From Callorhinchus milii (lineage: Eukaryota): DNA of 64,000 bases. The DNA lies in contig NW_024704753.1 in NCBI RefSeq assembly GCF_018977255.1, positions 5,580,001 through 5,644,000 on the forward strand, in the 5' to 3' direction. Shown piece by piece: positions 50,643 to 63,885 of the stretch. The notes beneath the pieces are model-generated. The model saw nothing but the letters and a program-made list of their open reading frames with translations. It was not told the origin of the DNA and searched no databases. The stretch's first letter is position 1, and every line of letters starts with the position of its first letter. Both the position numbers and the translations under genes were made by a program.

Positions 50643-52169
50643 TTCATTTCATTTCTACAGCTACTGCATGATTCTCATCACAGTTGCTTGCTTCTAGTGC
50701 ATTTGGTAACAGATTGAATTGGGCCACAAGGCACTAATCCTAATAGTTTAGCAACAAACTGGAGGTAAGGGTAATGATAATCTTTGCATTTGATACATTT
50801 GTCTTTGTTGCTTAATATTCAACAATGCCATTTCACTTGTGGACCATTCTTGTTCTGTCACTTCATTCTTTCTGATTACTCCTATTATTTTGTTGCCAAT
50901 TCGCCCCAAATCTGATTGTGTTTCACAATATTTGATCTCTATCCCTGCAATTGTACTCCTCGCTGTTTTTTTTAAAGAAATAAGGTGTAACTTGGCAAGC
51001 ACTATAGAGTCGTCCAAACCTATATCAGGGCACAGAAAGGGCAATAGCCATGTATCCTATCATTTTGGTGCTTTTTAATAATAATTAAACCTATCATATT
51101 TTGATGGAATTGCTGATAGAGATCCATGTACATTTTCAGAATGTTTTTTGCTGGAGCATGGTATGAGTCATACATGGCTCATAAGTCAGTTGGGCCCTTA
51201 ACAGTGGGAGATTTCTTCTGTCTATTATGAACGCAAGATTGTTGAAGCATGATCCTGGTCTGTTCTTTCTCAGTTTTATTTTTCTGTTTAGGATATTAAC
51301 TCAGTAAAGCATTAACATGATTATTAAATATTTGAAGGATAATATTTTCTCCTTAGTGCTATTTTAGAAGATGGGATGCTCTGCAAATGTTATCCTAACT
51401 TCATCCATCAATTTAATTTAACTAAGTCCATTACCAATATGTGTTGCTATTTATTTATGCAGTTGCAGTTTAATTTATTGCTGCCAATGATGGATTGTTT
51501 TTAACTTAATTTCCATTCTACTTGAAATACTTAAAACCAAAATGTTCCCTCATGCACCAACAATAAGGCCAATTAAGATATTTTATTAGAGCCTAAGGAC
51601 AATATTAGTAGAAAATGGTTGCTAAGAAGCCTAGGAATTAAAATTATAGCAACTTATAGAATACTTCAGGAAGATGTATTGCTTGAATTGGTGATTATGG
51701 TCTGCAAATAAATACTTATTTTAAAAAACATTTGCAGCAATACATCTGCTTAATGCTCTAAATGGGAGTTATGCAGCACAATCGAAAAAAATTATCTTCT
51801 TTAGATCTGCATATTGCATACGGAAATTAAGTACGATGAATATTCCACCCCAAAAATACGTGCTTGTATGCATGGAGAAATAGTTCTATGTTGAATGATA
51901 TAAGTACATTTCAATAAGTAGTGGATTTTGTAAAATAAACATTGGTTCATGGGAGATTTGATTGGAGCTTATCACATGAAATATATTTATACTATAAAAG
52001 TTTTTTTTAAAACATTCTTGCCTGTTTTAAAGTTCTTGAGGGTTTTATCGCATTTTCCTTAAAATAATTGGCAACCTATTCTGTGTCCTTTGTTGAATAT
52101 TCAAATACCGCTGTCTATACAAAATTAGAGAAGCAACAGGAATATAATAATCATCAAAAATAAGATGAG

Positions 52170-52355
52170 GAAATAGACCTTAAGAAAATACAAGCAGGGA
52201 GGAAAGAAGCAGATAAGCCAGATAGGGGTGAGATAGAGACTGGCAGGGTGGAAAGAAATGAGATGGGGGTGAGACAGAAAGCAGTGACTGAAAAATAGAA
52301 GCTGCAGAGAGACTAGATTGAGAAGAAAAGATGTGAGGAGCAGAAATGGAATGAA
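52170..52355. repeat. Purine-rich low-complexity tract
   Basis: Strong A/G bias with repeated ggggtgaga(t/c)aga units. Confidence 0.5.
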
Positions 52356-53161
52356 TGATTTACACTGCCAGCAATGTTTGTGAATTTCTGCTCCCTTTCT
52401 TTCAGTTTGCGATCACATTTCAACTTTAACTCTGAGAGACTGGTGTTGATTTTTTTTCTATCTCCTTCCTTGTTTCCAACACACATGCTCTTGACATGCT
52501 ATGTGAAGCATGCAAACCATTAATTGGCACTACCAAATATGTCAAGGGAAACAAATGTTTTAAAGTAACTGAAATCTGATATATTTTGTTGAAGGTTTAC
52601 TGTATTCCAAGCATAATAAAATGTAGGTACATTTAACCCCTATTACAAGGCCTTCCTTTTGCAAGAAAACATCAACTGAATTTTCTGAATACTTTAATTT
52701 TTACCACTGTGCAAAAAGCTTGTCCATCATCAGGTAAGAGCAACATGGTTAACATTTCACTTCAAAAGTGATTTCATGTCTGAAAAAAGACTTGAGCTGT
52801 AAAAATCATTGTAACCTAATAATAGTATTCAGTCATACCTGTCAAAATACTCTTATTCTGATTGACTGTTGACTGTCTTCTCAAAACCAATTTGAGCATA
52901 ACCTGCTCAAAATTTCAGTTTGGATCAGTAAAAACCTGGTAAGTTATGGTATCTGAATTGCTTTGACCAGGATCCAGTTCCACACAATCAAATACTGTAT
53001 TTGTTTCTATGCTCAACTTTTCATGTGAACGGAATCTCATCATAAAAAAACATCCGATATCTTGAAGTTAAAGGCCTTTCTTTCATATTTTCCAACACGC
53101 TAACAAAAGTCCTTTTACCTGCAGAAATATACAGAATAAGATGGTGAACATAATTCCAATC

Positions 53162-53563
53162 AGCGGCTTATCACATTGTTGAGGCGTCTCAAAGCGCTTT
53201 AGTGTGATCAGTGTTGTTTTTTGGCTGGAGTAATACACGTAACAATACATGAATTGTACACAGTTTATATTGTAAAGTGTAATGGACTGTGTATTTTGTG
53301 CGCAAATACGGCAGCCAATTGGGCACAGCAGTCTCCCACAAACAGTCATGAATTGAGTGACCAAATTATTATTTATTTATATATATTTTTATGAAGGGAT
53401 TATTACCCTGGAAAGCAATCCGCCAATCGACTAACAACTGGGTTCCTATTTACTGCTAGTAAACAGAGGCATGTAGAATAAGGAAAGGTTTTGCCCCACA
53501 TGGGAATCGAACCCGAGTCCTCACTAGCGAGGCGAGCGCACTAACCACTACGCTACGGGACTC
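53162..53563 (-). mobile_element. tRNA/Deu SINE, long subfamily with an extra module
   Basis: Head with B box GGTTCGATTCCC, Deu body, and an insert of about 60 bp shared with 43377-43432. Confidence 0.85.
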
Positions 53564-54313
53564 TGCTAATAGTATAAAAAACTACTATTCTGGATCTACA
53601 CCATATAAAGTAGCCTTTATGTGAGGAGCAGTTATGGTAATATAAATGTCTTGGAGTAACATACAGTTATAATTGATGAAAGAAAAGGTTACGCTTTGGG
53701 AAGAGTCCTTTTACATTAAAATAGATTTTTTCTTTGCCTCAGCTCCAGAAAGATTTTTGATATGCCCAGTTAATATATATACTATATGCCATATTTGAAG
53801 TACTGTAATATTTAAATTTGTACAGGCCAAGAAATGGACAGAGGAGACCTTTGACGGTCCATCTCCATTTGTTTGCTATTCTTCTGAGGAATCCTCTGCT
53901 TGAATCTTACCATCATTAAGCCTCTAATATGAGTACTGAGAGGAGCAAGATAAAGAAGGATGCTGCCCTTTACCCAGAAGAATGGCAACCAGTCGGCAAT
54001 AAACCCACTGGATATATCACATCAGCAGATCCTTTCCATCATGAGAACCAACGTAGCAGTCTAACTGTGAACCAGCACAATACTGAAAGTTTCCTGACAA
54101 GTAGAGATGTTTTTTTAAGTCTTTTATTTTGCATTGTCTGCGATCCTTGCTGCATTGCACACAGACAAATATATTTCTAAATGTAGAAAAAGTAGTTTTA
54201 CTGAAATTTAGACTTAAACAATATCCAACTTTCAGAGTAAACAAATGCCAGTCAGTTACCATAAAACACTTCTAACTGCATGCATATTTCAGTTGTCCTT
54301 TTTGAACAACTGA

Positions 54314-54560
54314 GAGATTCCCGGCAGGTCGAAACCTTGGGCAAGTTTCCTTACCTCACATGCCTGATGATAATCCCTCAAGAAAAAAATTGGTCACTTC
54401 AACCCATGACTGTTTGTGGGACACTGCTGTGCACAATCAGCTGCTGCGTTTTGCCCACAAAAAATATACAGTCACTTCACAGTATATTGCGTGAAGCGCT
54501 TTGAGACATCTAGAAGACGCGAAAAACGCTATATTAAAAGCAAGGATTATTATTTATTAT
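54314..54560 (+). mobile_element. tRNA/Deu SINE, head truncated
   Basis: gaaaccttgggcaagtttccttac..gactgtttgtgggacactgctgtgcacaat..ggattattat. Confidence 0.85.
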
Positions 54561-55096
54561 TGTTAGAAAAAGAAACAGCCAGCAAATAGTAAAATCTCAC
54601 TACTGAGAGCTTCGGCAAGTAGCTTTTGAGCACCTGTCTTCTGCTGAGACCAAAGAAATGTTTGAATAAAATGCTATTAATAAGGGTTTTCATCACAAAC
54701 ACTTCTGATTAGATTATCAAATTTTTTTTAAAAAGTTTACAATTCGAGGCAAAAACTTAAGCTAGAAGGAAACAGCAGGGGCTTCACTATAACTGTATTT
54801 TGAAGTGATGAAAAATAACAGACAAATTGCTACCTTAATGTTCCTTTTTTGTCATCCTTATTGCATTGTCAGTTTTGGTGGGCAGTTTCATGCATTCTAC
54901 TGGTTATGACATGAAAGGCCAGATTTGCATTTAACACACTTCTCAATCAAATATTTATGCAGTTCTATAGCACTGGAACAAAGCGATATCAGAAAAATTA
55001 TATTGGAATAAATTGATTTGTGCTCACTATATAGGTAACAAACTTTCCTAATTACAGAATATTTCGTTGATGTGACGATTTGTAAATAGAGAGATT

Positions 55097-55400
55097 AATA
55101 ATAATAATAATCTTTGCATTTGATATAGCGCTTTTTCGCATCTTCTAGACGTCTCAAAGCGCTTCACAGAATATACTGTAAAGTGAATTGACCGTATATT
55201 TGTGGGCGAAACGCGGCAGCCAATTGCGCACAGCAGTGTCCCACAAACAGTCCTGGATTGAAATGACCAATTTATTTATCTTTTTTTCATGATTATTACC
55301 AAGCGAGTGGAGTAAGGAAACTTGCCCAAGGTTTCTCCCTGCCGGGAATCGAACCCAGGTCTCTTGCTTGCAAGGCAAGTGCTCTAACCACTGGACTCCT
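55097..55400 (-). mobile_element. tRNA/Deu SINE, near full length
   Basis: B box GGTTCGATTCCC, TGC loop, Deu body and (TTA)n tail. Confidence 0.88.
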
Positions 55401-57099
55401 TGATTAGCACTCATATTAGATAGTGAAGTGGTAAAGTAAATGCTCATTTTCTTTCCAAATAAATAGATCTCTTCCACTTCCAAATGTGATGTTAATCTGT
55501 ATTATCAAGGAAATTGGAATTCCCTGTAATTTTAATAGCAGTTTCATCTTACCTTAGAATTGTACTAGTTATAAGGCAGAAACCTATCTGCATTTACTTG
55601 TTGCTGAGGGTTTTCCTGATTATATATAATATATATTATTATTACAATAGGCCTTTGTTTGCCACTTTATATTCGAATTCTACCTTTAAAGTGGTTATCA
55701 TTGAAATGCTGGAAGCGATGGCATTCTGAACCTAGTGTTGTGTGTGTGTGTGTGTGTTGGTAGGAGCGGAATCAATGTGGAAAAGAGGAAAATTGTTTGG
55801 TTAGTTTCTTCTGAAATGCATTTCCGATTCCCCTCCTCGAATTTCTGTACACCATGCACCTAACCTGTCTGAGTCAGAGCAGCGTCTGCCAACGCTGCTT
55901 TAAAAGCAAATGTATGGGAGTGCAGGATGACCATTGCATTCCTTCTAGTGAGGTTGCATGGGTCTTTCACTGTAAGTCTCTTCACAATAGGACAGTTGAG
56001 ATAGGGAACTTGCATATGGAGGATATTGGGCACATACCCACACCCTGCCACTCCATTGTGTGTAACAGTGCTCCAGCCTACTGGATAAATCACATTGCAT
56101 TTTTAAAAGAAAACAAAAGTCTTGTTCTGAAAAACGATGCAGGGCATAAATTTAGATGAATTGTATGGCGCTTAATTTTACATAATGCAAGATGTTTGTG
56201 GACTAGTTATGCAAAATTAATATTAAAAATAACTTTGCATGCATAACAGCCCACGGTTTGAATATAGAAATTTGAAAGGCCCGTAATGTTTTCTCCCTAG
56301 TCTGACTTTACAAGCCAGTTGGGATAGGGAAAGGCGGGAAAGAAGGAAAGAAAAATTTATGTCTAGAAAATGTAACAGATGCTCTTCAAATGGCTCATTG
56401 GCTGCCAAGGCCACGTGCAATTTGAATTACAATCATTTGGATAATTGACCTTCTGTGTGAATAAATTACAATATATTAGCAGTTTGATTGACCATGCAGC
56501 TTTTTAGAAAAAAATGCTCTTATGTTTTTTATATTCTGCTGCAGTCTTGTTACAGAGGTGTTTTGTGCACCTAATGCAGCACTTCATTGTTTCTGTGAAT
56601 CATTCTTGAAAGGGTAGCATTTTTCTCTTATTTCATTGTTTTCCGACAATACAGAATATCTTTTACCACAAAGGTCGCTTTCCATTTCTTCACCGGTTTT
56701 TGGACATGAGTGAGAATCCGAGGTCTCGCTGACAAGAGATTTGTCTGTTTGGACTGATTTGTGACACAATTGTGTAGATTTTTTCTGTATCAGCAAGGAG
56801 AAGCTGTCATGCTTCACTAGGCTGGATAATTATTTCTCATTCATCCTTTATTCCAAGCCAACTTGTAAAATTTCTGCACATGCAACTCTTTTGTTGTTTT
56901 GAAGAATACTATTTTCCCCACCATCTGAGCATCAATCTATTTAGAAATTAATCTTTTAGTGCTCTGTTTGATTTTTTGCATTGGCAATATTTTCATATAC
57001 ACTCAATAGTTTAATGCCAGGTTTCACTGTGCACAATTACAACAGTCCACGTAACACTTATGTAGAAAGCAGGAGGTTATTATTTTGACTGTCCTTAGC

Positions 57100-57395
57100 T
57101 AAAAGGACACATTGAAAGCACAAACAATAATAAAATGCTAATAACATTTTATAATCTGAGTTAGAAATTGCTGTTCAATACTATATTGTAAACTCCAGAT
57201 AACTGGACCATGGCTTAACTTGTCACTAACATTTAAGTCATCATGCTGTTAATATCCCAAATGTATTTATGTATTCATATATATATATATATATTATTTA
57301 TATACTCATATATATGCTTAACTTGATATTCCAGATAATTCACTGAGTTTTTTTCCCTTGGAGTTATACGTTATGAGGAGTTTACTGTAGTTATA
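57100..57395. repeat. Unclassified AT-rich interspersed repeat; inverted copy at about 40930-41445
   Basis: attttataatctgagttagaaattg..gttcaatactata..taacttgtcactaaca..gtcat is the reverse complement of 41296-41398. A second block matches 40935-40975. Confidence 0.75.
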
Positions 57396-57804
57396 ATTTA
57401 TCTTTCTGTTTTCTGAGGTTAACTGCTGAAAAACTCGAGATAGCTGTAAGATCTTCTTCACTCGCTCTCTTTCTTTCTCTCCCTCCCTCTCTACCTGCTC
57501 CTATCTCTCTATCTGTACCACCCTGCAACCTCGACTTGAATGTTCTAAACAAAATTCACTGTAACCATCATTATTCAAGCTAAGATTTTTCCTTCTGCTC
57601 CCCTTTGCTTACATAAAGTAAATATTTTGTAACCCCCCCATCCTTTTGCAGTGGGTTAGTTGGTTTAGTATCTTCTTAACACATCTTTTAACATAATGTA
57701 GATTAATGTGGATTGACTAAAGTGGGCAGATTTTTCTTACATGCTTTTATATGCTCCTGCCATTGGACTAATGATGGGATACTTCACAAAGGAGAATTTT
57801 TTTC

Positions 57805-58582
57805 ATAGATGCACAGATTCATAGAATGTTATGGCACAGAAGGAGGCCATTCGGCCCATCAAGTCTGTGCGGCTCTTTGACAGAACAAGTCACTTTCACT
57901 AACCCCAATCACCAGCTTTCTCCCCATAACCCTGCAAACCCGTCTTCCCCAGATACCTATCCAGTTCTCTCTTAAAAGCTGTTATCGAATCGAACTTCAC
58001 TACCCTTTCAGGCAGATCATTCCAAATTCGAACAACTCGCTGAGTGAAAAAATTTCTTCTAACTTCCCCTCTGCTTCTTTTGGTAGATATCTTAAGACTG
58101 TGACCACGGGACACAGACACACCTACCAGCGGAAACAGCTTTTCCTTATCTCGCCTGTCGAAACCTTTCATGATCTTGAAGACCTCTATCAGGTCCCCGT
58201 GTAACCTTCTCTGCTCGAATGGTAAAAGTCCTAACTTCTCCAGCCTGTCCTCATAGCTAAGGTTCCCCATTCCTGGTATCATTCTCGTGAATCTCCTCTG
58301 CACCCTTTCCAGTGCCTTAATGTCCTTCCTGAAGTAAGGTGCCCAGAACTGGATGCAGTACTCCAGCTGAGGCCTGACCAGTGTTTTGTATAGATTAACC
58401 ATAACCTCCCTGCTCTTATACTCTATGCCCCTACTAATAAATCTCAGTACACCAAATGCCTTTTTTACTGCCTTATCTACCTGCCCCGCTACCTTTAATG
58501 ATTCGCTTACTTGAAACACACAGATCTCTCTGTACGTTCTCCCCCCTTAAGATTGAGCTACCAAGTCTATATTGCCTCCTAC
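57805..58582 (-). mobile_element. Young CR1 LINE 3' portion with an uninterrupted 206-codon ORF2 C-terminus
   Basis: Encodes LYKTLVRPQLEYCIQFWAPYFRKDIKALERVQRRFTRMI..RRNFFTQRVVRIWNDLP. It is 5'-truncated and lacks the RT core. Confidence 0.95.
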
Positions 58583-60444
58583 TTAATTGATTTACATAAA
58601 ATTGTATGTTAAATTTGGGTTGGATTAACACAATTTTGTGTGTTAATTGAGATTCCGCAATTTGCTTTAAAGGTTTGAATCTTAAAAATAGTCTTGTTCC
58701 AAAATTGCAGGATGATCAGATTATAACTGCAAAAGCGTATGATACAGTATAAACTAGATTTCACTGTATCAAATTTTGTTAACATAATTTAAATTTGATT
58801 ATAAGGCAGTTGCATAAAATCCTATTCCCATAACTTGTCAGCCCTTTATCTCAAATTCTCGTAAATCTTTGTAAAGCATTATAAAAGAAATGGCATTCCT
58901 TGGGCCTACTTTTTTTTTCTAAAGCATTGAATTTAATCCCTGACCTCAAATTCTCATTGCATAACAAGCTTTTTATTGTAAATATTCAATTGGCAGTGTA
59001 GGTGGAGAATGTAATTAGAACAGCCTGCATTTAATAGATAATCTTTAATAATGATTTTTATAGGCCACTGTGGAGAATGTTTTATGTGTTGTGAGATTTT
59101 ATTAGTTTTAACAATGAAGAGGCATAAAATGAATTTTGACTGATATATTCCAGACATGCATCAGCGGTTCAGTATTGTTTTGACTGAATAGGGAAGGACA
59201 TGTGTTTCAACTGATAATTTAGATAGTTGCACAAATGCATGTAAAGGACTACTTCAGAGTAATAATCTTACAAGTTCTGGGTTTTATCCCACTGATTTGG
59301 ATTAAATAGTGTGCTGATTAATTATTGCAATTTTTTTGTCAGGATGTGAATCAACATATTTAGCATCAGTATAGTTGTTTACAGATGCAGAATTCATAAA
59401 TGTTGCTGAGTGTTGATGACCAATTAATGAATTAATTGATTATAATGGAAATAAGATCATTTTTAGTTCAGGATTGTGTTTGATTATTTGTATTTAATGT
59501 CGTGAAAGTGCTTTTTAACCCTGCACCCTTAAGGAAAAACTACTCTTTTCTTCTACAGAGATTATTTTATCATTGATATGCTAGAAAGTGGCATTATCCT
59601 ATGAACAATGTGTATGAGGTGTCAGTTTGCTTTGCAGCATTTCTGTATCATTTTAAAATTTCTTCCTTCAAAGTGTTCTTATTTAAAAAAAATGTTTTGA
59701 TCTGTATCACTTCCTAATAATGTGATGCTTTTTAAGGAAATATGTGTACTATCAGTTTGCTCATGTGTTTAAAAGTTCTGGACCTTGAATTGCATTTCAC
59801 AGGAGCTTTGGAAAGCTTGGCTCTGAGAGTTTAATAAAACAACTGCAGGAACTGGGAGTACGGCTAGGATTACACATTGGTCTGGATTTAATAAATAAGA
59901 ACAACAACTTGAATTTATATAGCTCCCTTCACAGAGGGTAGCATGTCGGAGCGCTTAACAGTGGCAGAGCCTGACCCAAGCGTGAGGTGACCGTAGGTAT
60001 GATCTTGTGGATAATGAAGATGAGGTATTGTGCCTTCTGTCTAAGACAAGGCAAGGTCAACCAGGGTCCTGCTTCTGCTCACTATCCAGTGCACCCCATC
60101 TCCCTCTCCACACCCCCACCCCTCCCCCCATCAAATAAACAGCTGATTCACACAGTCTACGTTCGCACATGAAGAGCAAGCACTCGGCAAGGTACTGTAT
60201 GCTCCCTCTTGGTGACATCATCCGCAGACATGGGGTCAACTTCCACATGTATGCAGATGACGCCCAACTGTTCCTCTCTGCCTCCACCCTTGACTCCAGA
60301 ACCACTGCTGCCATGACTGAATGCCTGTCGGACATCTATTCCTGGATGAGAGCTAACTTTCTGCAGTTGAACAAGACCGAGGCCCTCCTGATTGGCTCCC
60401 ATCAGTGCCTCCTCACCTCAGGAGCTGACAGTATCACCATCCAT

Positions 60445-60771
60445 AATAATAATAATAATAATAATCCTTGCATTTGATATAGCGCTTTTCACGTCGGGAG
60501 GACGCCCCAAAGCGCTTCACAGAACACACTGTAAAGTGAATTGACTGTATATTTGTGGGTGAACGCGGCAGCCAATTGCGCACAGCAATGTCCCACAAAC
60601 AGTTGTAGATTGAAAATGACCAATTTATTATTGTTTGGTTTTGGAGGGATTATTATTAGGCTCTGTGTGGAGTGAGGAAACTTGCCCAAGGTTTCGCCCT
60701 CTGCCTGGAATTGAACTCAGGTCTCTCGCTCGCAAAGCGAGTGCTCTAACCACTGAGCTGCAGGACTCCAC
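60445..60771 (-). mobile_element. Full-length young tRNA/Deu SINE
   Basis: Near-identical to 44117-44455. Confidence 0.92.
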
Positions 60772-60774
60772 AAT

Positions 60775-60966
60775 GAGAGCGAGTGGGTGAGAAAGAGAGG
60801 ACGAGAGCGTGAGAGATGGTGTGCGTGTGTGTGTGTGTGTACGTGACAGGCTGCGTGTGAGAAATAGAGTGTGTGTGAGAGTGTGAGCGTGTGTGTGAGA
60901 GTATGAGCGTGTGAGAGAGAGTGTGAGCGTGTGAGAGAGAGAGAGAGAGAGAGAGGGAGGGAGGGA
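60775..60966. repeat. Compound (GT)n/(GA)n microsatellite
   Basis: gtgtgt, gagcgtgtgaga and gagaga units are directly visible. Confidence 0.9.
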
Positions 60967-63544
60967 TAGGAATTGGGGTGTAATGCCTCTCAAACTCCAA
61001 CGCTGTCACACAGCTTCAGTGCAGTAAATCCGCGCCCACACGTACACACGTCCGCGCCCGTAGTGTCAGATCCAGGCTGTGCTGGGGGGGGGTTTGTGGG
61101 GGGTGGTGGTGGGGGGGGAAGAATCCATGGTTGCACACTTCACCTTGCTAAGCCAGTCTGGAACCTTGGGGTCTTGTTTGACCCTCAACTATCCTTTCTA
61201 CCCCACATCAGCGCAATGACCCGCTTTGCCTTCCTCCACCTCCGCAACGTTGCCCTGCTGCAACACTGTCTCACACCGCAGGCCGCCAAAACCCTCATAC
61301 ACACCTTCATTACATCAAGGCTTGACTGTACAAACTCACTGCTTGTCGACCTCTCCAACTCCTCCCTCCACAGTCTGCAGATCATCCAGAATTCTGCAGC
61401 CCTTGTCCTCTCCCGCACTAAGCTCCGCGACCCTATCACCCCCATCCTTGCCCAACTCCATTGGCTTCCCATCACACAAAGGATACAGTTCAAGATCCTG
61501 GTCCTCACCTACAAAGCCCTCCATGGTCTTGCTCCCCCCTACCTCTGTGACTTCCGAACCACCTAACATCCTGCTTGCTCCCTCTGCTTAGCAGGCTCCG
61601 ACCTGCTTCACGTCCCCCGCCTCGCTTGCCCCACTATTGGCGGGCGGGCCTTCTGCCACTCTGCAGCCCCTCTCTGGAATTCCATCCCGCAGTGCCTCCA
61701 CCTCGCCCACTTCCTTGCCACCTTCAAGACCCATCTCAAGACCCTCCTCTTTGACCAGCTTTTGATCTCCCTGCTTTCCCCACTACCCTCCAACGACCCC
61801 GACCCCCAGGTCGGGTCCGTAACTCTGTCTGTCCAGGCCTTGAAATGTTCTCCCGACGTGAAAGGCGTTATACAAATGTAATTTTGTTCTTGTTGTTGTT
61901 GGAGACTGCTGGAGCCTGTGAGACTACCTCGGCAGAGTCAGCGCCTGCAGGGGACTCAGGAGAGGATTTCAAAAAAAGAAAATTGCTTCCCATTATTCTT
62001 ATCTCAATGAATAGCTTAAAAAATTAGAAAACAACGTTTGATCTTTCTGTTGGTTTAAAGAAAGCAAGTTTCAATCAAAGGGGAAGCAAATATATTAATT
62101 AGCTGAACATGTTGTCATCATCTAAAGGAGGGGGAGAAGGACACAAGCTTTTGGATTGGCTTAATTTGACCGTTGTTATCCTTTTCCCAAATTTCTGGTT
62201 CTTTCATGATGATATATAGCAATTGCTGTTTGATGGTTTGACATCTGCTAGCTAGTGGATGACTAGCAGTATCTAGGTTGATATATTCATTCAAAAAAGC
62301 TTCATCCAAGAAGGTACTTTTAATTCTTTTGAAGATCTTAGGAAAGCAGAGTATTGGGTCAGTATATGTAGTTGTTTGGCTGTGCTATTCAAAAACAGAT
62401 GACAATCTATATCTGCTTTAATGTAATTTGGGTGCGATTGATTCAGACTGGACTGGATTGCACTGTGCAGCTGGTCTCACCAGTCTTATTTCTGTCTAGA
62501 TGAGATAGAATCATCCAAGTACAACAACTTGCATTCATATAGCGCCTTCACCCAGGGTAGTGTCCCGGAGCTTGGTATCTAATACACCAAATCACAAAGG
62601 AGACTTAGCTACCTTTGTCATCTGGAACTTCAGAAAGTTCTGAGGGGATCCTACTCTAAAATTACTTCCTTGAAGCTCTTGAAATTATAACCGATCTAAG
62701 TTTGCAAACAGAGAATAAGACTATTTTCAGCACCAGTAGTTCCAGATAGTTTTAAGTTCTCAGGCCAGAATTGACTTTCTTGTGCTAGAATTTAAAGCAA
62801 CCTCATGCATAGTGTGGTTTCTGGGCCCAATATCTTAGCGGATTTGATTTAAGACAGTTTATTGGTATACCCCTTGCTGGGACAGACAACAAACAAAACA
62901 TGATTGGAGAGTTTGGTATCTTTGGTAGCTTTGCAGACAGTATCCAAATTTTTCTGCACAACTCTTGCTGAAATAAAAGTCCACGATTGTCACAATTAGT
63001 TGAAGAATTCAACCTTATGATGAACCTAATAGCATGAATGTGACAGAGATATCATCTTTGCAAATAAAGTCACATCCGCCACAATAATGATTTTCAGTTG
63101 CCTTGAAGCACTTCAACCTTCTTTCTCAAAATAAACTGGTTACGGGGTGGGGAGGGGTGTTAGCCCTCAATTACTTGTTCACGGTGGAGTGGCAGGTTTC
63201 ATTCCCAAATCAGAATAATGCAGACACTTGTCTTGTTTCAATGAGCAGCAAAACACAGCTCTGTTTTTGCTCCTCCACTATCTCCCCCTATGTAATGTAA
63301 ATGACACTGACAAGAGCTATATTTTCTAGAGCAAGGCAGACAGAAATATTTTGATAAATCAATGAATAGGTTCACAATTAGACTGCAACATTGGTTTTCC
63401 TTGCATTGCGTTTTCTTGAAATATTTGTTTTCAAAATTGTATTTTTTTAAATCATGTTCCAAACATGATTGCATATCAATTATAGAATTCAATGAATATT
63501 TTTTCAGTGGATTCACATTAAATACATTCATGCACATTGGAAAG

Positions 63545-63885
63545 AAATAGCTTGCATTTTTATAGTGCCTAAAATGTTGCAATGTTTCAAAACCATTACA
63601 GTAATTATTCTGAAATATAGAAGCTTTTTTTAATAGGCAAACTTGGCAGCCATTTTCACACAGATAAGTCCCACAAACATCCATGGGGCGAATTGATGTG
63701 GAGGATTGATGGCCAGGACACCAGGAGAAACTCCTTATGCTTTTCGAATACTGTCATGGGATCTTTGACAGATTCTTGCTTTACAGTCTCCCATGAAGGA
63801 AGGGACCTCTGACAGAGATTCCCCAATACTGTACTGTTGTGTCACATCATACTATGAGCTCAGGTCCCAATGGGGCCTCTACATC
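63545..63885 (-). mobile_element. Ancient full-domain DeuSINE (AmnSINE1/SacSINE1-like)
   Basis: The minus strand reads aaagatcccatgacagtattcgaa..tcctggtgtcctggcca..tgtttgtgggact..aaatggctgcc..ctataaaaatgcaag, matching recalled Deu-domain landmarks. Confidence 0.7.

Larger units (their letters stand above)
60195..61900 (+). mobile_element. L2 LINE (RT YADD motif to 3' tail) split by a 678-bp insertion at 60445-61122
   Basis: MLPLGDIIRRHGVNFHMYADDAQL..DSITIH resumes as IHGCTLHL..NLGVLFDPQLSF..LHWLPITQRIQFKIL. Has a (TTG)n tail. Confidence 0.94.

Noticed and set aside
57899-58519. 206-aa ORF as a host gene or active LINE
   Set aside because: It is only the C-terminal part of CR1 ORF2, 5'-truncated, with no endonuclease or RT core and no native start.
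58582-58790. Degenerate AT-rich hairpins next to the CR1 5' end
   Set aside because: The arms are short or only about 70% matched in very AT-rich sequence, which is compatible with chance.
60628-61009. His/Thr/Ser/Leu-rich ORFs
   Set aside because: Translations of (CA)n/(CT)n microsatellite.
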